The position numbers and the translations under genes were made by a program. Below are positions 44,361 to 54,471 of a stretch of 64,000 bases of DNA, piece after piece; the first letter of the stretch is position 1; each line of letters starts with the position of its first letter. Origin of the DNA: a virus. The stretch is taken from IMG/VR virus record IMGVR_UViG_3300033153_010610, positions 1 through 64,000 of that record; one strand, written 5' to 3'. The notes beneath the pieces are model-generated. The model was not told where the DNA came from. It did no database searches and saw nothing but the letters and a program-made list of their open reading frames with translations.

Positions 44361-45071
44361 ATGGACTTCGCAGACATCAATGCGGCGGCGAAGGCGTTCG
44401 TGAATCAGCAGAATCAGCAGCCGAAGACTCCGCCCGCCGCGCCCGAGCAGCTTGCGAAGTCTCAGGTGGCACAAACCGAGAAGTTGGAAGGTGAGGTGAT
44501 GACCGTCAGCACTGACCTCTTCCAGAAGGCGCTCGCCATTCTCGACAACGAGTTCATCCCGAATGAACTCAACACTCCGGACGTTGTGAAGGCGGCAGCC
44601 GCTGACACATCCGGCGTCATCAAAGCAGTGGTCGGCCGACTCGAAGGCTCCCAGGCTCTCCTGGTCAAGTCCTTCAACGAGAAGACCTCCGCTCTCAGCG
44701 TGCTTCTCCAGAAATCTCTGGAGCAGGTTTCCAACCTGGCCGCACGTCTCGAGGAGTTCGCCTCGGCGCCGATTGGCAATCCGAAGGGTGCCCGCACCGT
44801 GATGGAGAAGTCCTTCGTCGCGCCGGACGGACACCTGAGCGCCACCGGTGCAGAGGGAAAGCCCGTTGACCAACTGACCAAGTCCGACATCACAACGGGA
44901 TTTCGCCTGTTGATCGATGAGGCCGGTCAAGAGTACGCCTCGAATCCGAACCGTGCCAATCAGCAGAAGCTGACGGCGATCGGTACGGAGTCTGGGTCGT
45001 TTGCCCTGAGCAACATGCTGTCGAAGGCACGTCGAGCTCAGATCAGCCAGAAGCTCGAAGCAGCACGATAG
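44361..45071 (+). CDS. Probable scaffold or head assembly protein
   Basis: Lies between protease and capsid; helical, with repeated KS/KA sites. Confidence 0.6.
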   Translation: MDFADINAAAKAFVNQQNQQPKTPPAAPEQLAKSQVAQTEKLEGEVMTVSTDLFQKALAILDNEFIPNELNTPDVVKAAAADTSGVIKAVVGRLEGSQALLVKSFNEKTSALSVLLQKSLEQVSNLAARLEEFASAPIGNPKGARTVMEKSFVAPDGHLSATGAEGKPVDQLTKSDITTGFRLLIDEAGQEYASNPNRANQQKLTAIGTESGSFALSNMLSKARRAQISQKLEAAR

Positions 45072-45133
45072 GCCCGACAACGAGCCGGGCCCTCAAGGGT
45101 TAATGCGGCCACGTCGAACACAAGGAGCCAGGG

Positions 45134-46561
45134 ATGTTTCCAAATAGTCAGTCCTTCCTGGGCAACGAGACGGGCGACCACTTTCTCGCGGCCGGACAAT
45201 ACGGTCAGATGACTCGCCAGGAGGTCGGTGACCTCTACAAGGCCCTTGTGGCTGGAAGCGACATCGCGAATCCTGGCACTACGGCCGGCGGTGGTTTCCC
45301 TTTCCGCGTCGAGTTTCTCGACAACATGCTCCGGTACCTCACTTATACCGAAGCTCACATCAAACTGTTCCCCGCTCTCTTCAAGGAGCAGGCGACCAAC
45401 ACCGTCGTTGAGTACAACACGGTCAGTGACTACGGCGTCGACGCTGGCGGTTCTATCGCTGAAGGCGATCTGCCCGAAGAGCACGACATGACGATCGCTC
45501 GCAACTACGCGACGATCAAGTTCCTGGCCACCATGCGACGGGTCACGCACCCGATGCAGGTCATTCGGTCGGCTCACGGCGACGTCATCCGCAAGCAGGC
45601 TGAGGCCGGCACGCGTTGGCTTCTTCGCGCCGCGGAGCAGATGTGCTTCAACGGTGACTCCCGGGTCATCCCCGAGCAGTGGGATGGTATTTGGAGCCAA
45701 GGCAGCCAGAACGGGGCGACCATCGTCGACCTGCGCGGAGCCCGCCTTTCGTCGGAAGAGCTCAACGAGGGCATCGGCGACGTCACCAAGGACCCGAACT
45801 ACGGTATGCCGACCCACCTGCATCACAGCGTGCGGTCCCACACCAACCTGTCGAAGGAGTTCTTCCCGAGCGAGCGCTTCTCGATCAACGGTGGTGCACA
45901 GACCATCACTCCGGGACACCGCTTCAAGCAGTTCCAGAGTTCTGTGATCGACAGCACAATGGACCTCGAGCCCAACGTCTTCATTCGTGAAGGCGCTGCG
46001 CCGATCACGCTCGGAATCGGAAGCGCTGCAAAGCGTCCCGGTGTCCCGGCCATCACGGTGGCAGCCACGGCAGGCGCTGCTGTCGCGACCAGTCAGTTTG
46101 GCGTCGCAGATGCGGCCACCTACATCTATCGCGTCGTCGCCGTCAATCGGTACGGCAAGTCGGCTCCGGTCGACACGGCAACAGTTGCCGTCGCTGCGAC
46201 TGAGAACGTCACATTCACCGTCCAGGACGCTGGTGGTGCCACGGGTTACGAGATCTATCGTAGTCCCGTCGGTGGGGCTGGTGCGGCTGCCACGGCTCTG
46301 TACATCACCTCGACGGCCCGCACGGGATTGGCCACGGTCATCACCGACAACAACGATGACCTCCCGGGTACGAGCAAGGCCTACATGCTCCAGCAGAACC
46401 CGGAAGCCATCACGTTCTACCAATTGGTCCCGATGATGATGTACCCGCTGGCCCAGATCGACCTCTCGGTCCGATGGGCTCAGTTGCTCTACGGGACGTT
46501 GGTTCTCAACGCGCCTGCTAAGCACCTCATCTACAGGAACGTTGGCGACGCTGCTCCATAG
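45134..46561 (+). CDS. Major capsid protein (SPO1/Twort-like)
   Basis: RVEFLD, GDS..IP.QWDG, IVDLRG, FN3-like insertion YRVVAVNRYGKSAP; position. Confidence 0.93.
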   Translation: MFPNSQSFLGNETGDHFLAAGQYGQMTRQEVGDLYKALVAGSDIANPGTTAGGGFPFRVEFLDNMLRYLTYTEAHIKLFPALFKEQATNTVVEYNTVSDYGVDAGGSIAEGDLPEEHDMTIARNYATIKFLATMRRVTHPMQVIRSAHGDVIRKQAEAGTRWLLRAAEQMCFNGDSRVIPEQWDGIWSQGSQNGATIVDLRGARLSSEELNEGIGDVTKDPNYGMPTHLHHSVRSHTNLSKEFFPSERFSINGGAQTITPGHRFKQFQSSVIDSTMDLEPNVFIREGAAPITLGIGSAAKRPGVPAITVAATAGAAVATSQFGVADAATYIYRVVAVNRYGKSAPVDTATVAVAATENVTFTVQDAGGATGYEIYRSPVGGAGAAATALYITSTARTGLATVITDNNDDLPGTSKAYMLQQNPEAITFYQLVPMMMYPLAQIDLSVRWAQLLYGTLVLNAPAKHLIYRNVGDAAP

Positions 46562-46569
46562 GTAGGGCC

Positions 46570-46995
46570 ATGAAGATTCGATGCCAAATGAAAGACCTAG
46601 TCTTTCACCGGTATGAAGCCAACGTCCCATTCTACGCGGATGCGCAAGGGATGGTGACGCGGGTGGACGGGCAGCCACTTACTGAAGAGCAAGTGGCGAG
46701 CCTGTTGATCTGCAAAGGATTCAGCCTCGTGTCGGATCGGAAACCCAAACCGCCATCTCAACCGGCTCCGCCACCTAAGGCTGTGCCCGCGGTACCTCCA
46801 TCCCCTGTGGCACCCAAGATGGTGCGGAGCCGGTTGAACGATTTCCCACGCAGAAAACTCAATGCGGCCTTGTCGATGCTTGGTCTCGAGGCCGATGATC
46901 GCGCCCGTAAAAGCGTGCTCCTCACAGGACTGTGCAATTACGTGGGTGACTCCAAGGAGCGTTTGGACGAGGTCGTCAACCTCCTGGAGGTCTAG
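46570..46995 (+). CDS. Hypothetical protein
   Basis: Follows the capsid gene; Pro-rich linker. Confidence 0.7.
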   Translation: MKIRCQMKDLVFHRYEANVPFYADAQGMVTRVDGQPLTEEQVASLLICKGFSLVSDRKPKPPSQPAPPPKAVPAVPPSPVAPKMVRSRLNDFPRRKLNAALSMLGLEADDRARKSVLLTGLCNYVGDSKERLDEVVNLLEV

Positions 46996-47934
46996 ATGAG
47001 CCGTCCACGTTTTTGGTGGAATCGAAACCGGAGTGACAACAAGTCGCTCGGGACCATAGCCCAACGCATCTTCAATCGATTTGCCAATGCCGTCGTGACC
47101 ACTCAGGTCATTGGACAGCCACGGTACTTCGATGACGATGGTGTTGCTCTTGCGTCTATCGCAGTGACGGGCTCAGGCGCTACCGGTGCCCTCACTGCCT
47201 CCATCCAGGAAGACATTTCAGAGGCCTTGCCCTTCACTCATTACACGGCTGAACTCGCGAGTGCGGCTGTGGATGACGTGATCGTCTTCCCCGCAGTCCC
47301 TGCTGCGAACGACGTTCACTACTACGGGGCGCCGTTCCAGTTCTCGACGGTCAACTTCATTGTAGGCCAGGCCGGCATTGGTACGTACACGGTGACGTGG
47401 GAGTACTGGAACGGTACTGCTTGGGCAGCCCTAGCGGCCGTTGTTGACGGCACCACCGACTACAAGACGGCTGGCGCTCAAACGGTGACCTACACGTTGC
47501 CTCCGCTGTGGGAGCCAACCACAGTTGACACGACAGGGCCTCTCTACTTCATCAGGTCCGTCTTCAACGCCGGCACGTACACCACCGTCGCGCTGCTCAC
47601 CAGTGCTACGGCGGACATCGTGGCAGTACCAGACCTGTTGAGGGTGCCCAACTTCTATGGGGCTCACTATTCTGGGAAGATTGCCCTGTGGTGGGAAGCA
47701 ACGACTCTGGCAGACACGATTGACGTGAATGTCTGGGTCCGTACGGACTCCGTTGTCGCCTACGACGGTCGTGAAACCCCCGAGAATATTGTCTTCCAGG
47801 GTGAGTATGCTCTCGCCAACAACACCACGGGAATCGTTGACCGAGGTGAACTCATCATTGACACTGGCTTCCGCCCAGTATACGTCGAGGCCACTTCGGC
47901 CAACGCGGGGACTTTGCGTCTCGGCTACGTCTAG
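46996..47934 (+). CDS. Probable virion structural or decoration protein
   Basis: TWEYWNGTAW...DGT motif; beta-rich. Confidence 0.7.
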   Translation: MSRPRFWWNRNRSDNKSLGTIAQRIFNRFANAVVTTQVIGQPRYFDDDGVALASIAVTGSGATGALTASIQEDISEALPFTHYTAELASAAVDDVIVFPAVPAANDVHYYGAPFQFSTVNFIVGQAGIGTYTVTWEYWNGTAWAALAAVVDGTTDYKTAGAQTVTYTLPPLWEPTTVDTTGPLYFIRSVFNAGTYTTVALLTSATADIVAVPDLLRVPNFYGAHYSGKIALWWEATTLADTIDVNVWVRTDSVVAYDGRETPENIVFQGEYALANNTTGIVDRGELIIDTGFRPVYVEATSANAGTLRLGYV

Positions 47935-47949
47935 TGCAGAATAGGTGTC

Positions 47950-48717
47950 ATGAGTGGATCCACTGACTTTTATGACACCGTCCCTGTCAACGAACAATCG
48001 CTGAAGTCGGACTATCTGTTCGGACTTCCTCTCGAAGATGAGGATGGGAACCAATTCCCTTCGTCCATGTACAGGACTGCATCTCGGTATGCGATCGCAT
48101 ACATGGAGCGGCTTCTCGGGGGCGTGTGCATCGTCCCGACGCCATTCACCAATGAAGAACACGACTACATCCACGACAACTACAAGAACTGGGCTTACTT
48201 CCAGCCTGACCATATCCCGATCCTCTCAGTGGAGCGTGTAGCTGCCGAGTTCCCGTCCGGCCAGGAGGCAGTTCGGTTCCCGGCGGAGTGGATCTCTTTC
48301 GACCCGATGCGACACATCCAGATCATCCCGAGGTCTGGCTCGCTCGCTACGGTGTTCCTCGGGCAGGGCCAGATACTCCTACCGCTGGTTCAGGGGATTC
48401 TGGGCTATGTCCCGCACTTGATCCACATCGACTATACGGCGGGCTTTGCCGTCGGCGAGATTCCCCCAGACATCCTGCACGCTATCAGTCTGTTGGCTGC
48501 AATCCAGATCTTGCATCCGGCCGGTGACCTCATCATCGGGCCGGGTATCGCGAACGAAGAGATCCGGGTCAATCGCCTATGGCAGAAGTTGGAGACAACG
48601 GCGTCCCCGACGAACGCTGGTTTTGGGGCGCGCATCCTCAACTACAAAAACGAGTTGAAGACGCTCGTTGAAATGCTCCGGCGCGACTATCATGGTGTGC
48701 CTCTGGCGGTTGCATGA
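47950..48717 (+). CDS. Head-tail adaptor (neck) protein
   Basis: YLFGLPL.D..G, EEHDY, P.LI.IDYTAGF, GFGARI; position. Confidence 0.8.
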   Translation: MSGSTDFYDTVPVNEQSLKSDYLFGLPLEDEDGNQFPSSMYRTASRYAIAYMERLLGGVCIVPTPFTNEEHDYIHDNYKNWAYFQPDHIPILSVERVAAEFPSGQEAVRFPAEWISFDPMRHIQIIPRSGSLATVFLGQGQILLPLVQGILGYVPHLIHIDYTAGFAVGEIPPDILHAISLLAAIQILHPAGDLIIGPGIANEEIRVNRLWQKLETTASPTNAGFGARILNYKNELKTLVEMLRRDYHGVPLAVA

Positions 48718-49577
48718 GCGACGACACCTACCAAGACGGTGAGACCCAACATCCAGCACTGCTGACGGCTCGACAGAAGACCACCAAAGCTCCCAAGGCT
48801 CCCCGAGCTGGGCGGGCTCACTTCCTGCTGAAGCGCTTCAACGCACTCATAGCTAACCATGGGCAGCGTGTCTTATGGCAGCAGTCCATGCGGTGCGGCT
48901 GCAGGATCAACAGTCAGACTGACCAGCCTAACCCGTTCTGCGCAGTGTGCAGTGGCAGTGGGCGGGAGTACTTCGACGCCAGAGAGATCAGGGGCGTTAT
49001 CGAGAATGTCACCGTCGATGTGGACCCAATGAATGACTTTGGGATCTGGTATCGCGGTGTGGCCAGGTGCACAGTCCGTCCTGAATATCCCATTGGATTT
49101 CGGGACCGTGTGACCATGCTGGATGCCTCCGTTGAGTTTGAGGAATTGGTCGAGCGTAATACGAAGACGCCCGGTCCTATCTTCCGGCTGAGATATCGGA
49201 TAGTTGCCCGGATCGTAACGTTGGAAGACCTCGAGACGTCCAGCCTTGTTCCTGTCGTCGAGCGGATCATCCGGCTACGAGTATGGCGCAGTGATAATTC
49301 TACGCTCCTACTTCGAGAACACGCTGACTTTGATGTGCTAATCGATGGGACGTTGGACATGTCCAAGTCGTTTGCAAATGGGAATGGCCCCGCGGTCGGG
49401 GATAGGTTCTCAGTCAAGTACAACATGAATCCGGTGTGGGTTGTTACAGGCCTCGAGCCACAGTACTACCGGACTCAGCGAGACAAGGACCTCCCGAAGG
49501 CGGAAGATCTGATAGCCTTCCCTCGAAGCGTCATGATGGGAGTGGACTTTGTCGTGAACGAGGGGGATGAAGACTGA
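48714..49577 (+). CDS. Neck/head closure protein
   Basis: G..VLW....CGC....PNPFCAVCSGSG, as in SPO1/Twort-like neck proteins. Confidence 0.75.
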   Translation: MSDDTYQDGETQHPALLTARQKTTKAPKAPRAGRAHFLLKRFNALIANHGQRVLWQQSMRCGCRINSQTDQPNPFCAVCSGSGREYFDAREIRGVIENVTVDVDPMNDFGIWYRGVARCTVRPEYPIGFRDRVTMLDASVEFEELVERNTKTPGPIFRLRYRIVARIVTLEDLETSSLVPVVERIIRLRVWRSDNSTLLLREHADFDVLIDGTLDMSKSFANGNGPAVGDRFSVKYNMNPVWVVTGLEPQYYRTQRDKDLPKAEDLIAFPRSVMMGVDFVVNEGDED

Positions 49578-50347
49578 TGCTGTCCTTCTCTTTAGACATG
49601 TCTGAACTCGTCAAAACGATTGATTGGGTCGTGTCTACGGGTGACGCATTCCGGTCGGTGCTCGCGATTGAGCTCACAGCATTCTTCCGAGAACAAGTCA
49701 TCGCGAAGGCTGGGACCGTCCTTTCATCCAGGACAGTGAATCGGTATATCGATGGGCTCTCGGAGGTCAAGATAACTCCCGAAGGCGCTGAGCTTGAATT
49801 AGCCGAAGGGCTGCCCACATGGATTGAGGAGGGGAAGGAAGCTCACGTCATGAAAGGGGACGGGCATATTGTCCCCTTCTTCTTCTGGCCAAAAACTCAG
49901 GGTTGGCAGAAGAAGAAGCATGGCGGCTCTTACGTCAATCCAAAAATCCTCAAGCGCATGCTGGACAAACAATTCCGTACCACACCGGGCGTGCATTTCC
50001 GGAAAGCTGGGGGTAAGGCGCCGGGATGGAAGGTTCGTCAGTTCACGAGGCGAAACCCGCAGTCAGGGGAGAAGGAGAAGGTCGGAGATTGGAGAGGCCG
50101 TGTGAATGCTTCCGACATCGGGAAGAAGCGCCCATGGCACAAACACAGCATGCAGCACAGCATGTATCGCATTCGTAGCAGCCGCAAAGACATGGCGAGC
50201 CCATTCGGGATTACCTTCCGCACCAATGATGGCACGTGGCAGCATCCTGGCATCAAGGCTCACAAGTTTTTTGAGATTGCTGGTAGACGAGTGGACGAGA
50301 ATCTGTCCAGTATAGCTAATCGTCTTTTCCGGGAGTTGTTCGGCTGA
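49577..50347 (+). CDS. Probable neck or tail completion protein
   Basis: IEEG, VPF, FRT...WQHPG; position. Confidence 0.65.
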   Translation: MLSFSLDMSELVKTIDWVVSTGDAFRSVLAIELTAFFREQVIAKAGTVLSSRTVNRYIDGLSEVKITPEGAELELAEGLPTWIEEGKEAHVMKGDGHIVPFFFWPKTQGWQKKKHGGSYVNPKILKRMLDKQFRTTPGVHFRKAGGKAPGWKVRQFTRRNPQSGEKEKVGDWRGRVNASDIGKKRPWHKHSMQHSMYRIRSSRKDMASPFGITFRTNDGTWQHPGIKAHKFFEIAGRRVDENLSSIANRLFRELFG

Positions 50348-51120
50348 TGGCAGATGCCCCCGATTTCATTGATGTAGAAGACCTTGTTCCCCCATTGCCG
50401 GGGTCCAGGGCTCGCCCTGCTGATGCAAGTTGGCCAGAATCGAGTACGCTCCCGCAGCGGGCTTTGGGGCTGATACTGACTGGTGGGGTCGAGTACTATG
50501 CCCAACCTGCCAACCAAAGCTCAGTCCGCCGTGCTATGCCCTTCCTGGAAGCAGCAGAACTGCTCATAGTAGAGCAATTGGTTCGAGAGAGACCGCTGAA
50601 GGTGGTCCACAACTTCCCTAAGAGCTTAGCCGACTTGCCCACGTTGGCGATCATCCTCGGGAAAGAGGAGACGGCTCAAGATGAGGCTCTCCTCGACCAC
50701 TACGCGACCATCGGCGAAGACACCTACGGGGACTCTGGGTGGGGGCATATCGATGTCCACACGGTAGGCTTCAACACGGTGATAACCCTGTTGATTGTGA
50801 CTCAAAACCCAGACGTCACCACGTACTGGTACGAACTGGTGAAGTTCATCCTGATTCAATCCAGGACTATCTTAGCCAGACTGGGGATTGATATCCCACG
50901 CCTTTCGGGCGCAGACATCGAGACCTTGGACGGCGACAAGGCGGAGTTGGTGTACATGCGGGAGTTGACGCTCTCCTTCCGGACACGCCAAGTCTTTGCT
51001 AAAGAGGCGCCGCTGTTAACGTACATCGACTTGTACATCCAAGAGAATTTGACTCGTGAGCAGATAACGGTCGGGTCGGTATCCATCGATACAGTTCTGA
51101 TGGGAGAAGAAGAGTCATAA
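50347..51120 (+). CDS. Probable tail terminator/completion protein
   Basis: Position before the sheath gene; YxRxLTL motif. Confidence 0.6.
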   Translation: MADAPDFIDVEDLVPPLPGSRARPADASWPESSTLPQRALGLILTGGVEYYAQPANQSSVRRAMPFLEAAELLIVEQLVRERPLKVVHNFPKSLADLPTLAIILGKEETAQDEALLDHYATIGEDTYGDSGWGHIDVHTVGFNTVITLLIVTQNPDVTTYWYELVKFILIQSRTILARLGIDIPRLSGADIETLDGDKAELVYMRELTLSFRTRQVFAKEAPLLTYIDLYIQENLTREQITVGSVSIDTVLMGEEES

Positions 51121-51186
51121 GTCACACCGAATTGCTCTGCTCAAAAGTTTGTGCGACACTACACGCGATACAGCTTGAGGTGACCA

Positions 51187-51456
51187 ATGGCGGAGTCGAC
51201 ACGCCAAGCCAGCAAGAACAAAGCTCAAAAGAGCAAGACTGTGGCACCAGCAACAGTTCCTGCTCCTCGAGTGGGCGCAAAGCCGGTCCATCGGAATTTG
51301 ACACAGCGATTCACAGCAACACAGTTTGCTGCAATGCGTAATCTCATACCGGGAGCTTCAAAAGCCTTGTCATCGGCCACTTCAGAACCGCGTCGCTGGC
51401 GTACAGAGCGCGAGTGGTGGGCGATCTGGAATCGAATCATGGCTGAGCCGGTTTAG
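51187..51456 (+). CDS. Small hypothetical protein before the sheath gene
   Basis: GAGG RBS; promoter-like TTGCTC-17 nt-GACACT at 51132-51160. Confidence 0.65.
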   Translation: MAESTRQASKNKAQKSKTVAPATVPAPRVGAKPVHRNLTQRFTATQFAAMRNLIPGASKALSSATSEPRRWRTEREWWAIWNRIMAEPV

Positions 51457-51470
51457 AGCAGAGGATAAGC

Positions 51471-53999
51471 ATGGCGTCTGGAGTTACGGTAGACGGTCAG
51501 GAAGTTGTGGTCCCGGGGGTTTATAACAAGACTGACGTCAGTCGAGCCCAGACCCCGGGAATTGTTACTGCTGGCATTCCGTGTTTGGTTGGCACCGCTG
51601 AAGATGGCGAGCCTCAAACCGTTCTGACATTCAACAGTCTCGACCAGGTGCGCGCCACGTTCCGATCTGGCGACATCCTAGAAGCTGCGGAAATCGTGTA
51701 CGACGCTGTACGCGATGACCGTATCCAGGGACGACCTTCTACCCTCTTGGTAGTCAAGGTCAACAGCGATACCCAGAGCGTTCACACCTTCAACTCGGCC
51801 TCTGGTCCGGCCATGACGGTCACCAGCACAGGGTACGGGTCATTTTCGGAGCGCGTCAGCGTCAACATCGTTGCCGGGACGAACAATGGCATCAATCTGA
51901 CCATTGCCCTGGATGGCGTGTCAGAGAACGTGGACGACCTCGGCGGCGAGGACCTCTTCAGCCTCGCGTATGCAGGTAGCGCCACCACGATGACCGCGAC
52001 TGTCGATGCCACGGGGATGTTCTGCGAGCAGACGTTCACCAACATCGGACTCGACCTTGAGGTCGTTGCTGGCTATACCGCGACGGACGCCCCTCGAGTC
52101 GTCTCGGCCCATGCCTACGACGACTACCAGGTGGCCACCGTCTACGGGATCAGTGGTGGTGTGGCCGTCTCTGAGCAACTTACGCTCCAAGGAGTCACTC
52201 CAGTCCTCGGCTCCGTAGCGATGGACGAGGTGACTGGCGTCTCCTTCGATGCTCTCACCGGCGGAATCGTTTCAGTCAGTGACCAGCAGGGCGCCCCCAA
52301 CGTCGTCGTCACTCACGCTGCCGACCTTGCGGCCGTTCATGTGGCTGGAGTTCTGCGAGTCAAGTCCACCAACAATGTGGCAGACATCGGGCAGTTGGTC
52401 AGTATCCGCGGACGCTCCGCTCTTGGCACTCCGCTGTCAGAAGTGGTGACTCTGAATGGGACGACCAAGGTCCCAACGGTCGGTTTGTACACCAAGATCT
52501 CCTCGGTGGTCATCACTGGAGAAACCCTCGGTACGGTCACAGTCGAGGACTCTGCAACGACAGTTGCTGTCAGCATCGGAACTGGTATCGACCAGTACGC
52601 TGGGCTCTACCTCGAGGCCGGCATTCTGTACCTCACCGACCTGAGCGTCGATGGCGCCCTCACCCTTGCAGTCGATGCCGGAGGTTCAGTCAAGAATGTA
52701 GTGATCCGCGGGGTCACTAGCGTCGGTACGGTTGCCAACGAAGTCATTGTCCTAGGTGGAGCGGCACCAGCCACTGTGACGACCACCAACCTCTGGAAGA
52801 CAGTCAGCCAGATTGAGTTGGGCGCAGTCGAGAACGCTCGCACCGTGACCTTCTCGGGCCGGTCGTTCACAGCGCTGCTCGCCAACGGCTTCGACGACTT
52901 CGACGTCCTGGACGCCTACGTGAACTCGAAGCCCGGGTTCACGCTTGTGCTGCTCGCCACCGACATCGGTACCCGCGTGCTTTCGGAGGCTGACTACCTT
53001 GCTGGGGCCGTCATCAAGTCGGCCACGGTCGGCTTCACAGCAGACCTGACGGCCGCCATCGAGTGGATCAACACCAACTCTGCGTTGATCACCGCGGTAC
53101 GTGTCAGCGGTGGTACAGGGGAACTCTCGGTGCTGGCTACGCCTCAGTACCTATCTGGCGGGTCCGACGCGACCGCGACGGCAGCCGATTACGACTCAGC
53201 CTTCACGCTGCTGAAATCAACTGAGTTGGACTACGTCGGGGTGCTGAGCAGTTCCGCGGCCGTGCATGCCTTCGCAGAAGCTCACGCCATCTTTATGGCT
53301 GGCGCCCTAGGTCGTTCTGACCGTTCCATCTACGTTGGGGCAGCGGCTAGCACTACCAAGACGGCACTCAAAGCAGCCACCGCGATTTTCTCGACGTCGC
53401 GCCACATGAACATGTCGTACCAGGAGATTAAGCGCCGCAATTCCGACGGGGACCTGACCTGGTACGCCCCGATATTCGCTGCGGCCCTCCAGATGGGCGC
53501 ACAGGCGAGTGTGAGACGAGGCGTTCCGCTGACGCATAAGCGGGCCAACATCTTGGCCACGCGTGAGCACTCAACTATCGACTCGACGGTGGATGCCGGC
53601 GAACTCATCAAGGCTGGCATCTCGAACATCATCTCGCATCCCACGATGGGATACATCTGGCAGCGAACGGTTACCACCTACACCAGGCGGACCATCAACG
53701 CTTTTCAGGAGAGTTCGGCGAACGACGCAGCGAACGGATCCATCAAGAACCTCCGCAATGAACTCGATGAACGGATCGTCGGCCAGGCGGATGTGGACAC
53801 CTCACCAGCGGCCATCAAACGGCTTACTGAGGACCTCCTCGAGGCTCAGGTCTCGTCGAAACTGATCTCTGACTTCGAGAATGTCACTGTCGCCGCGTCC
53901 GGGACGCAGGTCGCAGTCGCGTACGGTGTAGCTCCGGCGCTGCCTCGCAACTTTGTGGTCCTCACCACGCACCTCTTCGAAACTTCGGCAGCCGCCTAG
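51471..53999 (+). CDS. Contractile tail sheath protein
   Basis: VPGVY, LVG.A.DGEP, FRSGD, LSGGSD, PLTHK, P..PRNFV; 842 aa. Confidence 0.93.
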   Translation: MASGVTVDGQEVVVPGVYNKTDVSRAQTPGIVTAGIPCLVGTAEDGEPQTVLTFNSLDQVRATFRSGDILEAAEIVYDAVRDDRIQGRPSTLLVVKVNSDTQSVHTFNSASGPAMTVTSTGYGSFSERVSVNIVAGTNNGINLTIALDGVSENVDDLGGEDLFSLAYAGSATTMTATVDATGMFCEQTFTNIGLDLEVVAGYTATDAPRVVSAHAYDDYQVATVYGISGGVAVSEQLTLQGVTPVLGSVAMDEVTGVSFDALTGGIVSVSDQQGAPNVVVTHAADLAAVHVAGVLRVKSTNNVADIGQLVSIRGRSALGTPLSEVVTLNGTTKVPTVGLYTKISSVVITGETLGTVTVEDSATTVAVSIGTGIDQYAGLYLEAGILYLTDLSVDGALTLAVDAGGSVKNVVIRGVTSVGTVANEVIVLGGAAPATVTTTNLWKTVSQIELGAVENARTVTFSGRSFTALLANGFDDFDVLDAYVNSKPGFTLVLLATDIGTRVLSEADYLAGAVIKSATVGFTADLTAAIEWINTNSALITAVRVSGGTGELSVLATPQYLSGGSDATATAADYDSAFTLLKSTELDYVGVLSSSAAVHAFAEAHAIFMAGALGRSDRSIYVGAAASTTKTALKAATAIFSTSRHMNMSYQEIKRRNSDGDLTWYAPIFAAALQMGAQASVRRGVPLTHKRANILATREHSTIDSTVDAGELIKAGISNIISHPTMGYIWQRTVTTYTRRTINAFQESSANDAANGSIKNLRNELDERIVGQADVDTSPAAIKRLTEDLLEAQVSSKLISDFENVTVAASGTQVAVAYGVAPALPRNFVVLTTHLFETSAAA

Positions 54000-54012
54000 T
54001 AGGGAGTGAGCA

Positions 54013-54468
54013 ATGGCTACGTCTTTGTCTGAAGGTCCTCGTGGCCGAGTTATCACGGGAGCGCGCGCCCGGCTCTTGGTAAATAACGTCAAGATCGGTT
54101 ACGTGACTGGCCTCGACGTGTCGTTGGACATCTCCATCGAGGCGGTCGAGCCGATCGACACCATCGTTGCTGAAGAGTTGGTGACCACAGGCCTTCGTTG
54201 CAGTTGGAGCGCGCGCATGGTGCGTGTCTACAACCAGAACGAATTCGGCGAGGTCTGGTTCCAGAGCTTCGACGAATTGACTCGTGGTGGGCGTGAGCTC
54301 AGCATGCATGTCCTTGACACGGTCGAGGATGAAGTCGTACATGCACTCAACGGGGTCAAGGTGGGCCAGTTGTCCTTCAACGTAGAAGGGCGCAGTCTCG
54401 CCGCACGCAATATCTCAGGTCAGGCCCGTTACTCCAAGCTTGAGACGCAGCCGAATCTGAGAGGCTAA
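54013..54468 (+). CDS. Tail tube protein
   Basis: 151 aa directly after the sheath gene; TGARA.L......IG. Confidence 0.8.
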   Translation: MATSLSEGPRGRVITGARARLLVNNVKIGYVTGLDVSLDISIEAVEPIDTIVAEELVTTGLRCSWSARMVRVYNQNEFGEVWFQSFDELTRGGRELSMHVLDTVEDEVVHALNGVKVGQLSFNVEGRSLAARNISGQARYSKLETQPNLRG

Positions 54469-54471
54469 CTG

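Noticed and set aside
35817-46561. Introns or inteins in terL, portal or capsid; genetic-code reassignment
   Set aside because: ORFs are continuous and of ordinary length, show no intein or homing-endonuclease motifs, and TAA, TAG and TGA all end genes
43767-46678. Long minus-strand ORFs of 437 and 546 aa
   Set aside because: Antisense to the protease, scaffold and capsid genes; explained by codon bias
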